A DNA stretch of 32,000 nt, taken from positions 3,720,001-3,752,000 of the forward strand of contig NC_010814.1 of NCBI RefSeq assembly GCF_000020385.1. Reading direction: 5' to 3'. Positions 10,590 through 19,330 of the stretch are shown here, in pieces. How positions within the stretch are numbered: the first letter of the stretch is position 1; each line of letters opens with the position of its first letter. The translations under genes and the position numbers were made by a program. The DNA comes from Trichlorobacter lovleyi SZ (GTDB lineage Bacteria; Desulfobacterota; Desulfuromonadia; Geobacterales; Pseudopelobacteraceae). The notes under the pieces were generated by a model, which was not told the origin of the DNA, searched no databases, and was given only the letters and a program-made list of their open reading frames with translations.

Positions 10590-10618
10590 TTAATATATAT
10601 CAAAATATAAAATGTCAA
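10590..10618 (-). promoter_or_regulatory. candidate sigma70 promoter of the RND operon in an AT-rich stretch
   Basis: On the minus strand, TTGACA (10618-10613) is followed 16-17 nt later by ATATTA/TATTAA. It overlaps a tandem TTAATATATA repeat (10576-10585, 10590-10599). Confidence 0.35.
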
Positions 10619-10629
10619 GTGTCGTAGCC

Positions 10630-10674
10630 TAAAAAAAATGCACCGGCACCGGAACAGACCCGGATACCGGTGCA
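10630..10674 (-). terminator. rho-independent terminator after pal
   Basis: On the minus strand, a 9-bp stem ATGCACCGG / CCGGTGCAT is followed by T8 (A8 at 10630-10637 on the plus strand). Confidence 0.7.
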
Positions 10675-10703
10675 TTAAGTTGTTTTGCGATAGAACTGAA
10701 AGG

Positions 10704-11270
10704 TTACTTGACGATCACAAACTCGGCACGACGGTTTTTGGACCAGGCAGCCTCGTCACTTCCTTGCACAGCAGGCTTCTCTTTGCCGTAGCTGATGGTG
10801 CTGATACGATCAGCCTTAACACCCAGAGTAGTCAGGTATTTGGCAACTGATTTGGCACGACGATCACCCAGAGCAAGGTTGTACTCGTCAGAACCACGCT
10901 CGTCACAGTGACCTTCAATCTTGATCTTTGCGTCAGCAACCTTTTTCAGCAATGCCTCGGCGTTTTTGGAAAGGGCGTCGCGGGCGTCCTGACGCAGGTC
11001 CGACTTGTCAAAGTCAAAGTACACGGTCTCCAGGGCAACAGCCTCTGATGCCTTGGCAGCAGTTGCAGTCGCTTCTTCTTGCTTCGGAGCTTCCTGCTTC
11101 GGCTCCTCCTGCTTTGGTACCTCAACCGGCTTGACCGGCTCCTGCTGTTTGACGGTCTGCTGCTCTACAACCGGTTCATCCTTCTTGACGACCTCTTCCT
11201 TGGCGCAACCTGCTGCCATCATTGCCACAACACCAAGGGCCACCACCATCCCTTTAAATCCGTTACGCAT
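10704..11270 (-). CDS. pal: peptidoglycan-associated lipoprotein Pal (OmpA family)
   Basis: Lipobox AAGC, a Pro/Gln/Glu-rich linker, and a C-terminal OmpA domain (YFDFDKSDL...GHCDERGSDEYNLALGDRRA). AAGGAGG sits upstream of ATG 11270. The gene is last in the tol cluster. Confidence 0.9.
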   Translation of the reverse strand: MRNGFKGMVVALGVVAMMAAGCAKEEVVKKDEPVVEQQTVKQQEPVKPVEVPKQEEPKQEAPKQEEATATAAKASEAVALETVYFDFDKSDLRQDARDALSKNAEALLKKVADAKIKIEGHCDERGSDEYNLALGDRRAKSVAKYLTTLGVKADRISTISYGKEKPAVQGSDEAAWSKNRRAEFVIVK

Positions 11271-11379
11271 TGCTGCCTCCTTGTGACTTACGGTATTCAA
11301 CGGCCTTGTGAGCCTGATAAAACAGTGTATGCGTGGATTATACATCCCTTAAATCTTTTTGCAACAACCTGATTATTTT

Positions 11380-12672
11380 TTATTGACCACGCGGAGTCCA
11401 GACCGGATGCTGACTCAGCCCCTTGCTACGACTGACCTTTGTCTGTCCGGAGCCATCGGCGCGCATGACGTAAATCGCCTCCTGACCGCCACGGCGGGAG
11501 CTGAAGGTGATCAGCCGCCCGTCCGGTGACCAGCGGGGCCGCTCATTGTTGCCCTCAAAGGTCAACTGTATTTCATTACTGCCGTCTGCATTGGCCACGA
11601 AGATCTGAAACCCCCCAGCCATCCTGGCAAAGGCCAGTTTATCCCCCTTGGGAGACCAGGACGGATTAACATTGTACGAACCGCTGGTGATAAGACGCCT
11701 GACATTACCGCCATTAGCATCCATGACAAATATCTGGGGCTTGCCCAACCGGTCGGACACAAAGGCGATTTTACTGCCGTCAGGTGTCCAGGCCGGCGAG
11801 ACGTTGGCTGCATGGCTGACCGTCAACCGGTTGGGAGCTGAACCGTCCTTGGCTACCGTATAGATTTCGGTATTGCCATCCTTCGACAGCGCCAGAGCGA
11901 TTCTGTTGCCATCCGGCGACCAGGCACCGGTAATATTGAGCCCTGACCGGCTGGAGACCGGCACTTCAAGATTACTTGACAGGGCACGTTTGTACAGGTC
12001 GGGATTACCCCGCTTGTAGGAAGTAAAGATCACTTCCCGGCCATCAGGCGAGATGTCCGGTGAAAGGTTGATCGAACGGTTACCGGTCAACTGCTGACTG
12101 TTAAAACCGTCCCAATCCATCACAGCCAGCTCTTTATTGCCACTCTGGGTAGACACATAGAGAATTTTTGAGGTAAAGGCCCCCTTTTCGCCGGTCAGGG
12201 CCCGCAACACTTCATCGCTGAAGCTGTGCGCATAGCGCCGCAAATCCTTCTCTCGCCCCAGAAAGCGCTTCGAGGTCAGCAGCTTCTTGGCCACCACATC
12301 ATATAACCTGAACTCAAGGGTCAGTTCCTGACCACGCAGTTCATATTCGCCGCGGATCAACAGATCATAGCCCGCCGAAAGCCAGGGTACAAAATCAACC
12401 GGCGTCAGGGCCAGCCCATGCACCAACGGGGCGGCGTCTCGCCGTTCGGCGGCAACCAGACCGGACATGGTCAGGTCAAAAGCATGCAACTCCGCAGTTT
12501 CATTGGCCAGCTCAGGCCGAATCACCGTACCCATCGGCTGCGGCGGGACCACGGCAAGCTTCAACAGACGATTGCCTGCGGCGGTTACCTCAATATAATT
12601 GGCTGCTCCCGTATCCTGTTGCATACTCAAAAACAGCAAACAGGCCAGGACCAGATGTATTAGCTGTTTCAT
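11380..12672 (-). CDS. tolB: Tol-Pal system beta-propeller protein TolB
   Basis: Signal peptide, N-terminal TolB domain and repeated WD40-like P.WSPDG blades. ATGA overlap with the upstream tolA-like gene. Confidence 0.95.
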   Translation of the reverse strand: MKQLIHLVLACLLFLSMQQDTGAANYIEVTAAGNRLLKLAVVPPQPMGTVIRPELANETAELHAFDLTMSGLVAAERRDAAPLVHGLALTPVDFVPWLSAGYDLLIRGEYELRGQELTLEFRLYDVVAKKLLTSKRFLGREKDLRRYAHSFSDEVLRALTGEKGAFTSKILYVSTQSGNKELAVMDWDGFNSQQLTGNRSINLSPDISPDGREVIFTSYKRGNPDLYKRALSSNLEVPVSSRSGLNITGAWSPDGNRIALALSKDGNTEIYTVAKDGSAPNRLTVSHAANVSPAWTPDGSKIAFVSDRLGKPQIFVMDANGGNVRRLITSGSYNVNPSWSPKGDKLAFARMAGGFQIFVANADGSNEIQLTFEGNNERPRWSPDGRLITFSSRRGGQEAIYVMRADGSGQTKVSRSKGLSQHPVWTPRGQ

Positions 12673-13406
12673 TGCTGACTGACTCCCTGGGGCTTGAAGA
12701 CAAATGCCCCTTCAAACACGGTGCGGCCCGGCGGCGGGACAATGGTCTGTTCAGCCAGGGTGATGGCCCGGGTTACCGAAAGTTCAAAGACTTTATCGCC
12801 ACTGCTTTTTTCAAAACGGGTTCTGATAATCCGGCCATCACCGTCTATAGTCAGCCGCACCATGACAAAAGGATTTTTGCTTTGAAAGCTGATGGTTTCC
12901 CGAAAGGCATCCTTCAACCGGGAATGCAGGTAGGCGGTATAGTCGCTGCCGGCCTCAGTACCGGTCCCCCGGGGCATGCCAACCCTGCCGCGCGCAGCAA
13001 CTTTTTTACGTAAGGTCTCAAAGGCGGCCGCCTGCCGTTGTGCATCAACCTTACCCTCCAGCTTGGCCATACGCTCCTGAAAGGCTGCAGATTCTGCAAC
13101 CGGAGCAGGCGATGGCCTTTTACCGGGTACGGGTTTCGTCGGCGCTGCCGGACTGGTCATGACCGGGGGCGCCGGAGGGGGCGGGGCGCTTTTTTCTTCA
13201 TTGCCGGTCTGGGTCGGGCTGCCGGCACGCGGGTCAGCCACCGGTAGATTGACGATATCAACATAATAGGTGGTCTGTACCGGCCCCTGACCTGGTATCA
13301 TCTGTTGCCACCAGACCAGAAAAGCAAACGCCGCCGCGTGAAACGCGACGGACAGTGCTGTGGTGACACCCAATCCGGGATCTTTGCGGGCTGCAAGCTG
13401 GTACAT
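12669..13406 (-). CDS. tolA: TolA/TonB-family energy transducer
   Basis: N-terminal TM anchor, Pro-rich spacer (PPPPAPPVMTSPAAPTKPVPGKRPSPAP) and a TonB_C-like C-terminal domain. Positioned between tolR and tolB. Confidence 0.8.
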   Translation of the reverse strand: MYQLAARKDPGLGVTTALSVAFHAAAFAFLVWWQQMIPGQGPVQTTYYVDIVNLPVADPRAGSPTQTGNEEKSAPPPPAPPVMTSPAAPTKPVPGKRPSPAPVAESAAFQERMAKLEGKVDAQRQAAAFETLRKKVAARGRVGMPRGTGTEAGSDYTAYLHSRLKDAFRETISFQSKNPFVMVRLTIDGDGRIIRTRFEKSSGDKVFELSVTRAITLAEQTIVPPPGRTVFEGAFVFKPQGVSQQ

Positions 13407-13410
13407 GGTC

Positions 13411-13824
13411 CTACTTCTGAGCCGGCTCCGTTACCATACCCAACCGTTCAATCCCGGCCCCTTTGATTTCGGCCATTGCACGCACTACCTCACCATACGG
13501 TACTCCGGCATCCGCCTTCAGAAAGACCTCTTTTTTGGTACGGGTAGCAAACATCTCTGCCAGCTTTCTGCGCAAATCGCCACCTGGCACTTCATCCTTA
13601 TTGATAAAGGTACGCCCGTTTCTGTCAACAGCAACGATGACGGTGTCCTCCTGGGCGTTCATTCCTTTGGTGTCTGCCTTGGGCAGATTGACCTGCACCC
13701 CCTGTTGCATCATCGGAGCGGTTACCATAAAGATCACCAACAGCACCAGCATAACGTCAACCAGCGGGGTGACGTTGATCTGCGCCATCATGCCCCGTTC
13801 ATCATCATTTCCGCCCATGGCCAT
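13411..13824 (-). CDS. tolR: biopolymer transport protein TolR (ExbD family)
   Basis: INVTPLVDVMLVLLVIFMV motif with the conserved Asp in the TM helix. 137 aa. Confidence 0.9.
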   Translation of the reverse strand: MAMGGNDDERGMMAQINVTPLVDVMLVLLVIFMVTAPMMQQGVQVNLPKADTKGMNAQEDTVIVAVDRNGRTFINKDEVPGGDLRRKLAEMFATRTKKEVFLKADAGVPYGEVVRAMAEIKGAGIERLGMVTEPAQK

Positions 13825-13833
13825 GGTGTCCTC

Positions 13834-14517
13834 CTACTTCCCGGCGATGTTGCGCTGAACGATGTTGAGAAACTCGGTTGAGAAGCTGTCCATCTCTTTC
13901 ACCAGCACCCGGATCTTGTGCTGAAAATGGTTGTAGGCCATGACTGCCGGAATAGCGGCAACCAAGCCGACCGCTGTGGCAATCAGCGCTTCAGCAATAC
14001 CTGGAGCAACAACGGCCAGCGAGGCGGAACCGGTCTTGCCGATCCCTTCAAAGGCCACCATGATGCCCCAGACCGTACCGAACAGGCCGATAAACGGGGA
14101 GGTGGAACCGGTGGTTGCCAGAAAAGTCGTGTACTTCTCCAGCCGGTTGACTTCCAGATTGGTTGCCCGCCGCAAGGCACGGGAGACGTTGGCCACCCCC
14201 CCCAGATCGGTGCTGACGCCACCGTGATCAGGCTTGACACCCTCAGCCTCCATCAACTGTTTCAGCTCACTGTAACCTTCATTAAACAGGGCCGTAAGCG
14301 GCGAACTGGCAAAGCGGTCCACCTGTGATGAGATGGAGTCAAACCGTTTGGTCTTCCAGAAGAAGTCCATAAAACGGCCTGATTCGCTGAATGCCTTGTG
14401 AATCTGAAAAAATTTGAACATGATGATGGCCCAGGAAACCACTGAAAACATGATCAGCAGTAACAAAACCGCCTTCACCACCAGGCCGGTGCTGGTAAAA
14501 AACATTTCCAATCCCAC
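13834..14517 (-). CDS. tolQ: Tol-Pal proton channel protein TolQ (MotA/ExbB family)
   Basis: Three TM helices and a conserved GLFGTVWGIM...IAEALIATAVGL region. GGAGG lies 9 nt upstream of the GTG at 14517. Confidence 0.9.
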   Translation of the reverse strand: MGLEMFFTSTGLVVKAVLLLLIMFSVVSWAIIMFKFFQIHKAFSESGRFMDFFWKTKRFDSISSQVDRFASSPLTALFNEGYSELKQLMEAEGVKPDHGGVSTDLGGVANVSRALRRATNLEVNRLEKYTTFLATTGSTSPFIGLFGTVWGIMVAFEGIGKTGSASLAVVAPGIAEALIATAVGLVAAIPAVMAYNHFQHKIRVLVKEMDSFSTEFLNIVQRNIAGK

Positions 14518-14590
14518 GGGATCTAACCTCCAGAAAGAATATTCATAAACCTAGTCCTTCAGGGACAGGCCGTCAAGCAACAATCACTGC

Positions 14591-15379
14591 TCAGTAGAGT
14601 TCGGGCCGACGGTCACCAAAACAGGGAATCTGGGCCCGCCATGCCTCCATGACCTGCCAGTCCAGAGTCGCGGTGACCTCGCAAGCAGCCTCCCCTGCAT
14701 CTGCCAGCACCTCACCCTTGGGATCGATCACCATACTCATGCCGAAGAAATCCAGTTTACCGATCTGGCCACAGGCGTTGCATGACACAATATAGAGCTG
14801 ATTTTCAATCGCCCTGGCGCGCAGCAGTGTCCGCCAGTGTTCCTGGCGGGGCTTGGGCCACTGGGCCGGTACGCAGATCACCCGTGCCCCCTCCAGCGCC
14901 AGCCGGCGGGACAGTTCAGGAAAACGCAGGTCATAACAGATGATTACCCCAACCTTGCCGATGGAGGTCTCTGCCAGACACCAGCTATCGCCCCCCTTGA
15001 AAGCCCTGTCCTCACCCAGCAGCGAGAAGAGGTGCAACTTGCGGTAGCGGGCCACCATTTGGCCGTTATCAACAACATGGATCGTATTGAAGACCCGGCC
15101 ATCGTCAGCAGGCTCAGGCTGGCTGCCCACAATCACCAGCTTGTACTGTGCCGAGAGCTCACATAGTTCGGCAACTACCGCTTCGGTACGTTGCGCCAGT
15201 TCAACCAGATTCTTGTAGGCAAAGCCGGTGGACCACATCTCCGGCAACACCGCCAGATTGACCCCTTGTTCCGCAACCCGCTTCAAGGCTGTACGGACAT
15301 AGGCCAGGTTGGCATCAAGATCCCCCTGATTGACGGTAAACTGGATTGCGGCGGCAGTGATCGTCTGTGGCTCTGGCAT
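14591..15379 (-). CDS. carbon-nitrogen hydrolase family protein (nitrilase/omega-amidase-like)
   Basis: E-K-C catalytic triad context: LPEMWSTGF, YRKLHLF, VIICYDLRFPE. Confidence 0.9.
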   Translation of the reverse strand: MPEPQTITAAAIQFTVNQGDLDANLAYVRTALKRVAEQGVNLAVLPEMWSTGFAYKNLVELAQRTEAVVAELCELSAQYKLVIVGSQPEPADDGRVFNTIHVVDNGQMVARYRKLHLFSLLGEDRAFKGGDSWCLAETSIGKVGVIICYDLRFPELSRRLALEGARVICVPAQWPKPRQEHWRTLLRARAIENQLYIVSCNACGQIGKLDFFGMSMVIDPKGEVLADAGEAACEVTATLDWQVMEAWRAQIPCFGDRRPELY

Positions 15380-15381
15380 TA

Positions 15382-17724
15382 CTACCTCGTCAGTTGTGAA
15401 TTCAGGTAGGCGTTGATGATATCCATATAAATCTCACGGGGTTTGCTGGTGCCGTCACTGGGGGCGATCATCCCTTCCCGCTCCATCATCTCAACAATCC
15501 GGGCGGCCCGGTTGTAGCCGATCCGCAGACGACGCTGCACCATGGAAATACTGGCCTGCCTGGTCTCGGCCACCAGCCGCAGGGCATCCTCCCAGCGCTC
15601 ATCCTGTTCTTCATCATCATCGGCGCCGCCCTTGTCGTCACTGTCCTTCATCTCAAGGATTGACTTCTCATAGACCGGTTTGCCCTGTTTTTTCAGGAAG
15701 TCAACCACCCGCTGTACCTCGGCATCAGAGACAAAGGCACCATGCACCCGCTGCAGACGGCCGGTGCCGGGGGGCAGATAGAGCATGTCACCCATTCCCA
15801 GCAGCGCCTCGGCACCGTTGCAGTCCAGGATGGTACGGGAGTCAACCTTGGAAGAGACCTGAAACGAGATGCGCGACGGCAGGTTGGCCTTGATCAGGCC
15901 GGTGATCACATCCACCGATGGCCGCTGGGTGGCCAGAATCAGGTGGATACCGGCTGCCCGGGCCTTCTGGGCCAGGCGGGCGATATGCTCTTCAACCTCA
16001 CGTCCGGCCACCATCATCAGGTCGGCCAGCTCATCCACAATCACCACGATATAGGGCAGGTGGCTGTGTTCCAGTTCATCCACCTCATCATCAATCACAA
16101 ACGGCAGCGGTTCATCCAGCACTGCCGGGTCTTCCCCCTCAATCACCTCTTCAAGCTCTTCAATGATCTCCTCATCATCCAGATCATGTGCGACCAGCTC
16201 TTCTTCCTCGGTTGCCAGCTTTCGATTGTAGGATTCAATATTACGAACCCCCTTGTCTGCCAGCAGCCGGTAGCGGCGTTCCATCTCATTCACCGCCCAC
16301 TTCAAGGCCAGCGAGGCCTTTTTCGGTTCGGTCACCACCGGCAGCAGCAGATGCGGAATCCCCTCGTACATGGAGAACTCCAGCATCTTCGGATCAACCA
16401 TGATGAAACGAACATCCCGCGGGGTGGCGGTGTAGAGCAGCGACAGGATCATCGTGTTGACCGAAACCGACTTGCCGGAACCGGTGGAACCGGCCACCAG
16501 CAGGTGCGGGGCCTTGGCCAGATCGGTCAGGGAAGGCAGACCGGCAATATCCTTGCCCAGCACCAGCGGCAGCTTCATCCGGCTCTGCAGAAAATCATCA
16601 CAGGTAAAGATCTCACGCAGATAGACCGTTTCACGATCCCGGTTCGGCACCTCGATCCCCACCACTCCCTTGCCGGGGATCGGCGCGACAATGCGGATCG
16701 AAAGCGCCTGCAGCGCCATGGTCAGGTCATCGGACAACCCGGCGATCCGGCTGATCTTGATGCCGGGTGCCGGGGCGAACTCGTACATGGTAATCACCGG
16801 CCCGGGACAGATCTCCTTCACCTCACCATCAATCCCGAAATCCAGCAGCTTCTTTTCCAGCAGACGGGCGTTCATCTCCAGCGCTTCGCGATCAACCCGG
16901 CGTTCTGTGGCGGGCGGCGGATCGAGCAGCGAGAGCGGCGGCGTGATAAAATCACCTTCCTGCTTGATAAAATCAAACGACTCCTGGACCGGCTTATCCT
17001 TGGCCGCTTCCTTCTTCTTTTCCTTTTTGAAGAAATTAGGGCGGGCAACCGCAGGCGCAGCAGCGGCAGTCTTGATCACGGGACCGCTTGCAGGGGCCGG
17101 TTTTCCTTCCGCCAAGGCCTTTTCCCGCTCGCGCCCGTCCCGGGCATGGGCGTTCCGCTCTTTACGGGCTGCCCACTTGGTACGCAGATTTTCAATCCAC
17201 CAGGAGGCAAACAGCACAAAGGAGAAGCCGGACAGAATCATGATGGAGGCGGCCAGCAGCGGCAACAGCACCAGCAGGGCGCCGAATGCATTCATGCTGC
17301 CGCGCAGCATCAGCACGGCCCCCCGTCCGATCAGACCACCGGTGGGGACTTGTTGTCCCAGGAAACTTGTTGACTCAAAACTGAAGGCAAACAACGAGGC
17401 CAGAGAAAAGAGCAGACCACAAAAGGCCGCGACCTTGTAAAAGCGCAGCCGTGGTTCCTTGAAGCGCAGCAGGTTGTAAGCGATAAACAGCAACGCCCCC
17501 GGCAGCAGGTAGGATGCCAGTCCAAACAGCATGAAGAACAGGTCAGCTACCTGGGCCCCCAGGCGGCCGCCCAGGTTACGGATCCCCCCCTCGGTTGACC
17601 AGCTGTTCAGCGACTGGTCGGCAGAGCTGAAGGTTATGAAGGCCAGCAGGATGAACAGCCCGACAGCGCCGATAGCGATTCCCTGCAGCTCTTTGGTAAG
17701 TTTTTCTTTGCGCGCTTCGTCCAC
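15382..17724 (-). CDS. ftsK: DNA translocase FtsK
   Basis: N-terminal TM segments, Walker A GSTGSGKSV, Walker B VVIVDELADLM, and a C-terminal gamma winged-helix (SISMVQRRLRIGYNRAARIVEMME). Confidence 0.95.
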   Translation of the reverse strand: MDEARKEKLTKELQGIAIGAVGLFILLAFITFSSADQSLNSWSTEGGIRNLGGRLGAQVADLFFMLFGLASYLLPGALLFIAYNLLRFKEPRLRFYKVAAFCGLLFSLASLFAFSFESTSFLGQQVPTGGLIGRGAVLMLRGSMNAFGALLVLLPLLAASIMILSGFSFVLFASWWIENLRTKWAARKERNAHARDGREREKALAEGKPAPASGPVIKTAAAAPAVARPNFFKKEKKKEAAKDKPVQESFDFIKQEGDFITPPLSLLDPPPATERRVDREALEMNARLLEKKLLDFGIDGEVKEICPGPVITMYEFAPAPGIKISRIAGLSDDLTMALQALSIRIVAPIPGKGVVGIEVPNRDRETVYLREIFTCDDFLQSRMKLPLVLGKDIAGLPSLTDLAKAPHLLVAGSTGSGKSVSVNTMILSLLYTATPRDVRFIMVDPKMLEFSMYEGIPHLLLPVVTEPKKASLALKWAVNEMERRYRLLADKGVRNIESYNRKLATEEEELVAHDLDDEEIIEELEEVIEGEDPAVLDEPLPFVIDDEVDELEHSHLPYIVVIVDELADLMMVAGREVEEHIARLAQKARAAGIHLILATQRPSVDVITGLIKANLPSRISFQVSSKVDSRTILDCNGAEALLGMGDMLYLPPGTGRLQRVHGAFVSDAEVQRVVDFLKKQGKPVYEKSILEMKDSDDKGGADDDEEQDERWEDALRLVAETRQASISMVQRRLRIGYNRAARIVEMMEREGMIAPSDGTSKPREIYMDIINAYLNSQLTR

Positions 17725-17732
17725 GGCGTCCT

Positions 17733-18140
17733 TTATACTACCTGATAATCAACAACAAATTCGGGTGGATGCATGATTGCCTTTTTAACTGAGCAAAGTT
17801 CAGCCGCCTTGACAATCGCCTTCTGGTAGCGTTCCGGAAATTCGGGTGGGAGATTGATGGTCAAGCCCACCTTGCTCACCCTGCGCTTGCCCTGTTGATC
17901 AAGCTCAAACTCGATATGCTGGGTCAGCGACACCCGGTCGGTCGGAATCTGGCGTGCCTTGCAGAACTCCAATACATAAATGCCGGCGCAGGTGCCGATA
18001 GAGCCCAGAAAATACGCAAACGGGGTTGGCGCCTCGCCGGGTGCGCCATCGGCACCGGGCTGGTCTGTCAGCATCTGCAACCCATCAGGAAAGCTGGCGG
18101 CCACCTTCTGACCACCTTCAAAGCTGATATCTATCTTCAC
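17733..18140 (-). CDS. OsmC-family peroxiredoxin-like protein
   Basis: 135 aa with OsmC/Ohr fold pattern and two Cys regions (GTCAGIY, LCSVKKAI). The GTG start overlaps the upstream stop (GTGA). Confidence 0.8.
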   Translation of the reverse strand: MKIDISFEGGQKVAASFPDGLQMLTDQPGADGAPGEAPTPFAYFLGSIGTCAGIYVLEFCKARQIPTDRVSLTQHIEFELDQQGKRRVSKVGLTINLPPEFPERYQKAIVKAAELCSVKKAIMHPPEFVVDYQVV

Positions 18141-18991
18141 TTTTTCCCCTCCCGCTGTTCCTGTTTTGGTGTCGGCTCTGCCGCAGGAACAGGTTTGCGG
18201 TCCTTGTCAATCTCCAGCATGGAGGTCATCTCCTCAAACTGCCCCATGTAGAGCTCAACTTCATTGGTTTCACGGCGCAACAGATCCTGACGCCGCTTTT
18301 CAAGACTGCGCCGGATTCCTTCCAACGTCTTGAACTTGACCTGTACCCGGGGGCTCATATTGGCCTTGGCTTCGTCAAAGTCAGGGTATTGCAGGTTCAT
18401 CAGCGGGCTGTAGGAAAGGTTGCGCTGCCTGAAGTTGGGGTACTCCCAGAGGATGGTGCCTTTTGCATCCACAATCTGGGCCGTCATAACCAGAAAGTTA
18501 TAATCCGTGGTCAGTGAATCCAGCAGATTTGAGGAGGTGATCTTGTCCGGCCGGGTGATGCCGCTGACCACCACAAACATCACGGCATCCAGGCTGTTTT
18601 TGCGCATGAAGTCAGCCAGGGCATCTTCCTTCCAGAAATACTTGTTGTACTGGATCGCCGCATCATCACGACGTTCACGCCGGAACAGAGTATTAGAAAA
18701 GACCGCCTTGGGATCGGCATCCAGCAGGGTAACGGTATAAAAACTATTGGTATTTTTCACCAGGCGTAACAGATCCCGCTCAAAGGAGCGGTTGACATTC
18801 ACCAGCAGCGTAATCAGCTCTTCCCGTTGCGGGTGACGGATATCGGAATCGGTGTCAACAATGATCGGCACCATCCCCAGCACCTTCACCTTTTCCGCCA
18901 CCGCATCCTGCGGCAGATTATAATAGTTATGGGCACAGCCCCCCAAAAGAGGCAGTAACAGCAAACCCAACAGCAGCACCAACCGTTGCAT
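18137..18991 (-). CDS. lipoprotein of unknown function
   Basis: GGGAGGA upstream of ATG 18991, signal peptide with lipobox LGGC, and a charged C-terminal tail. No recognisable domain. Confidence 0.7.
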   Translation of the reverse strand: MQRLVLLLGLLLLPLLGGCAHNYYNLPQDAVAEKVKVLGMVPIIVDTDSDIRHPQREELITLLVNVNRSFERDLLRLVKNTNSFYTVTLLDADPKAVFSNTLFRRERRDDAAIQYNKYFWKEDALADFMRKNSLDAVMFVVVSGITRPDKITSSNLLDSLTTDYNFLVMTAQIVDAKGTILWEYPNFRQRNLSYSPLMNLQYPDFDEAKANMSPRVQVKFKTLEGIRRSLEKRRQDLLRRETNEVELYMGQFEEMTSMLEIDKDRKPVPAAEPTPKQEQREGKK

Positions 18992-19114
18992 AGAATCCTC
19001 CCGGTTCCATTGTGTCATGGCAGTTTGTCTGGTCCAGAAATCTTGCTAGTTATATCAGATGGCAACGGCATTTTCCAGAGCTATCCAGTCAGACGGTAAC
19101 TCACTCAATTTACA

Positions 19115-19143
19115 TTGACTCTCACCAGCCATTCACGTATTTT
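19115..19143 (+). promoter_or_regulatory. candidate sigma70 promoter driving the SAM riboswitch-metX transcript
   Basis: TTGACT (19115-19120), a 17-nt spacer, then TATTTT (19138-19143), about 12 nt before the riboswitch P1 helix. Confidence 0.35.
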
Positions 19144-19155
19144 AGCCATCACAAC

Positions 19156-19266
19156 CTGCTTATCAAGAGTGGTGGAGGGATAAGGCCCGATGAAACCACA
19201 GCAACCGGCCCTGCGACAAACAGGGCGCCAGGTGCTAAATCCTGCCGCAAGGCGAAGATGAGCGAG
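19156..19266 (+). promoter_or_regulatory. SAM-I (S-box) riboswitch aptamer
   Basis: Near-textbook core: GCUUAUCAAGAGUGGUGGAGGGAUAAGGCCCGAUGAAACCACAGCAACC...GGUGCUAAAUCCUGCCGCAAGGCGAAGAUGAGC. The P1 strands GCUUAUC/GAUGAGC pair, and the element lies upstream of a methionine-pathway gene. Confidence 0.88.
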
Positions 19267-19284
19267 GATCTTGACGTTATCAAG

Positions 19285-19317
19285 GCCCCTGCTCCCATTT
19301 TCAGCAGGGGCTTTTTC
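19285..19317 (+). terminator. riboswitch expression-platform terminator
   Basis: 9-bp stem GCCCCTGCT / AGCAGGGGC with a 9-nt loop, then TTTTT. It ends 14 nt before the metX ATG. Confidence 0.8.
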
Positions 19318-19330
19318 TATCGGGGTGATC

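Noticed and set aside
15742-17373. 543-aa plus-strand ORF
   Set aside because: It is antisense to ftsK. The composition is low-complexity (Gln/Arg/Gly/His runs) with no RBS or domain signature.
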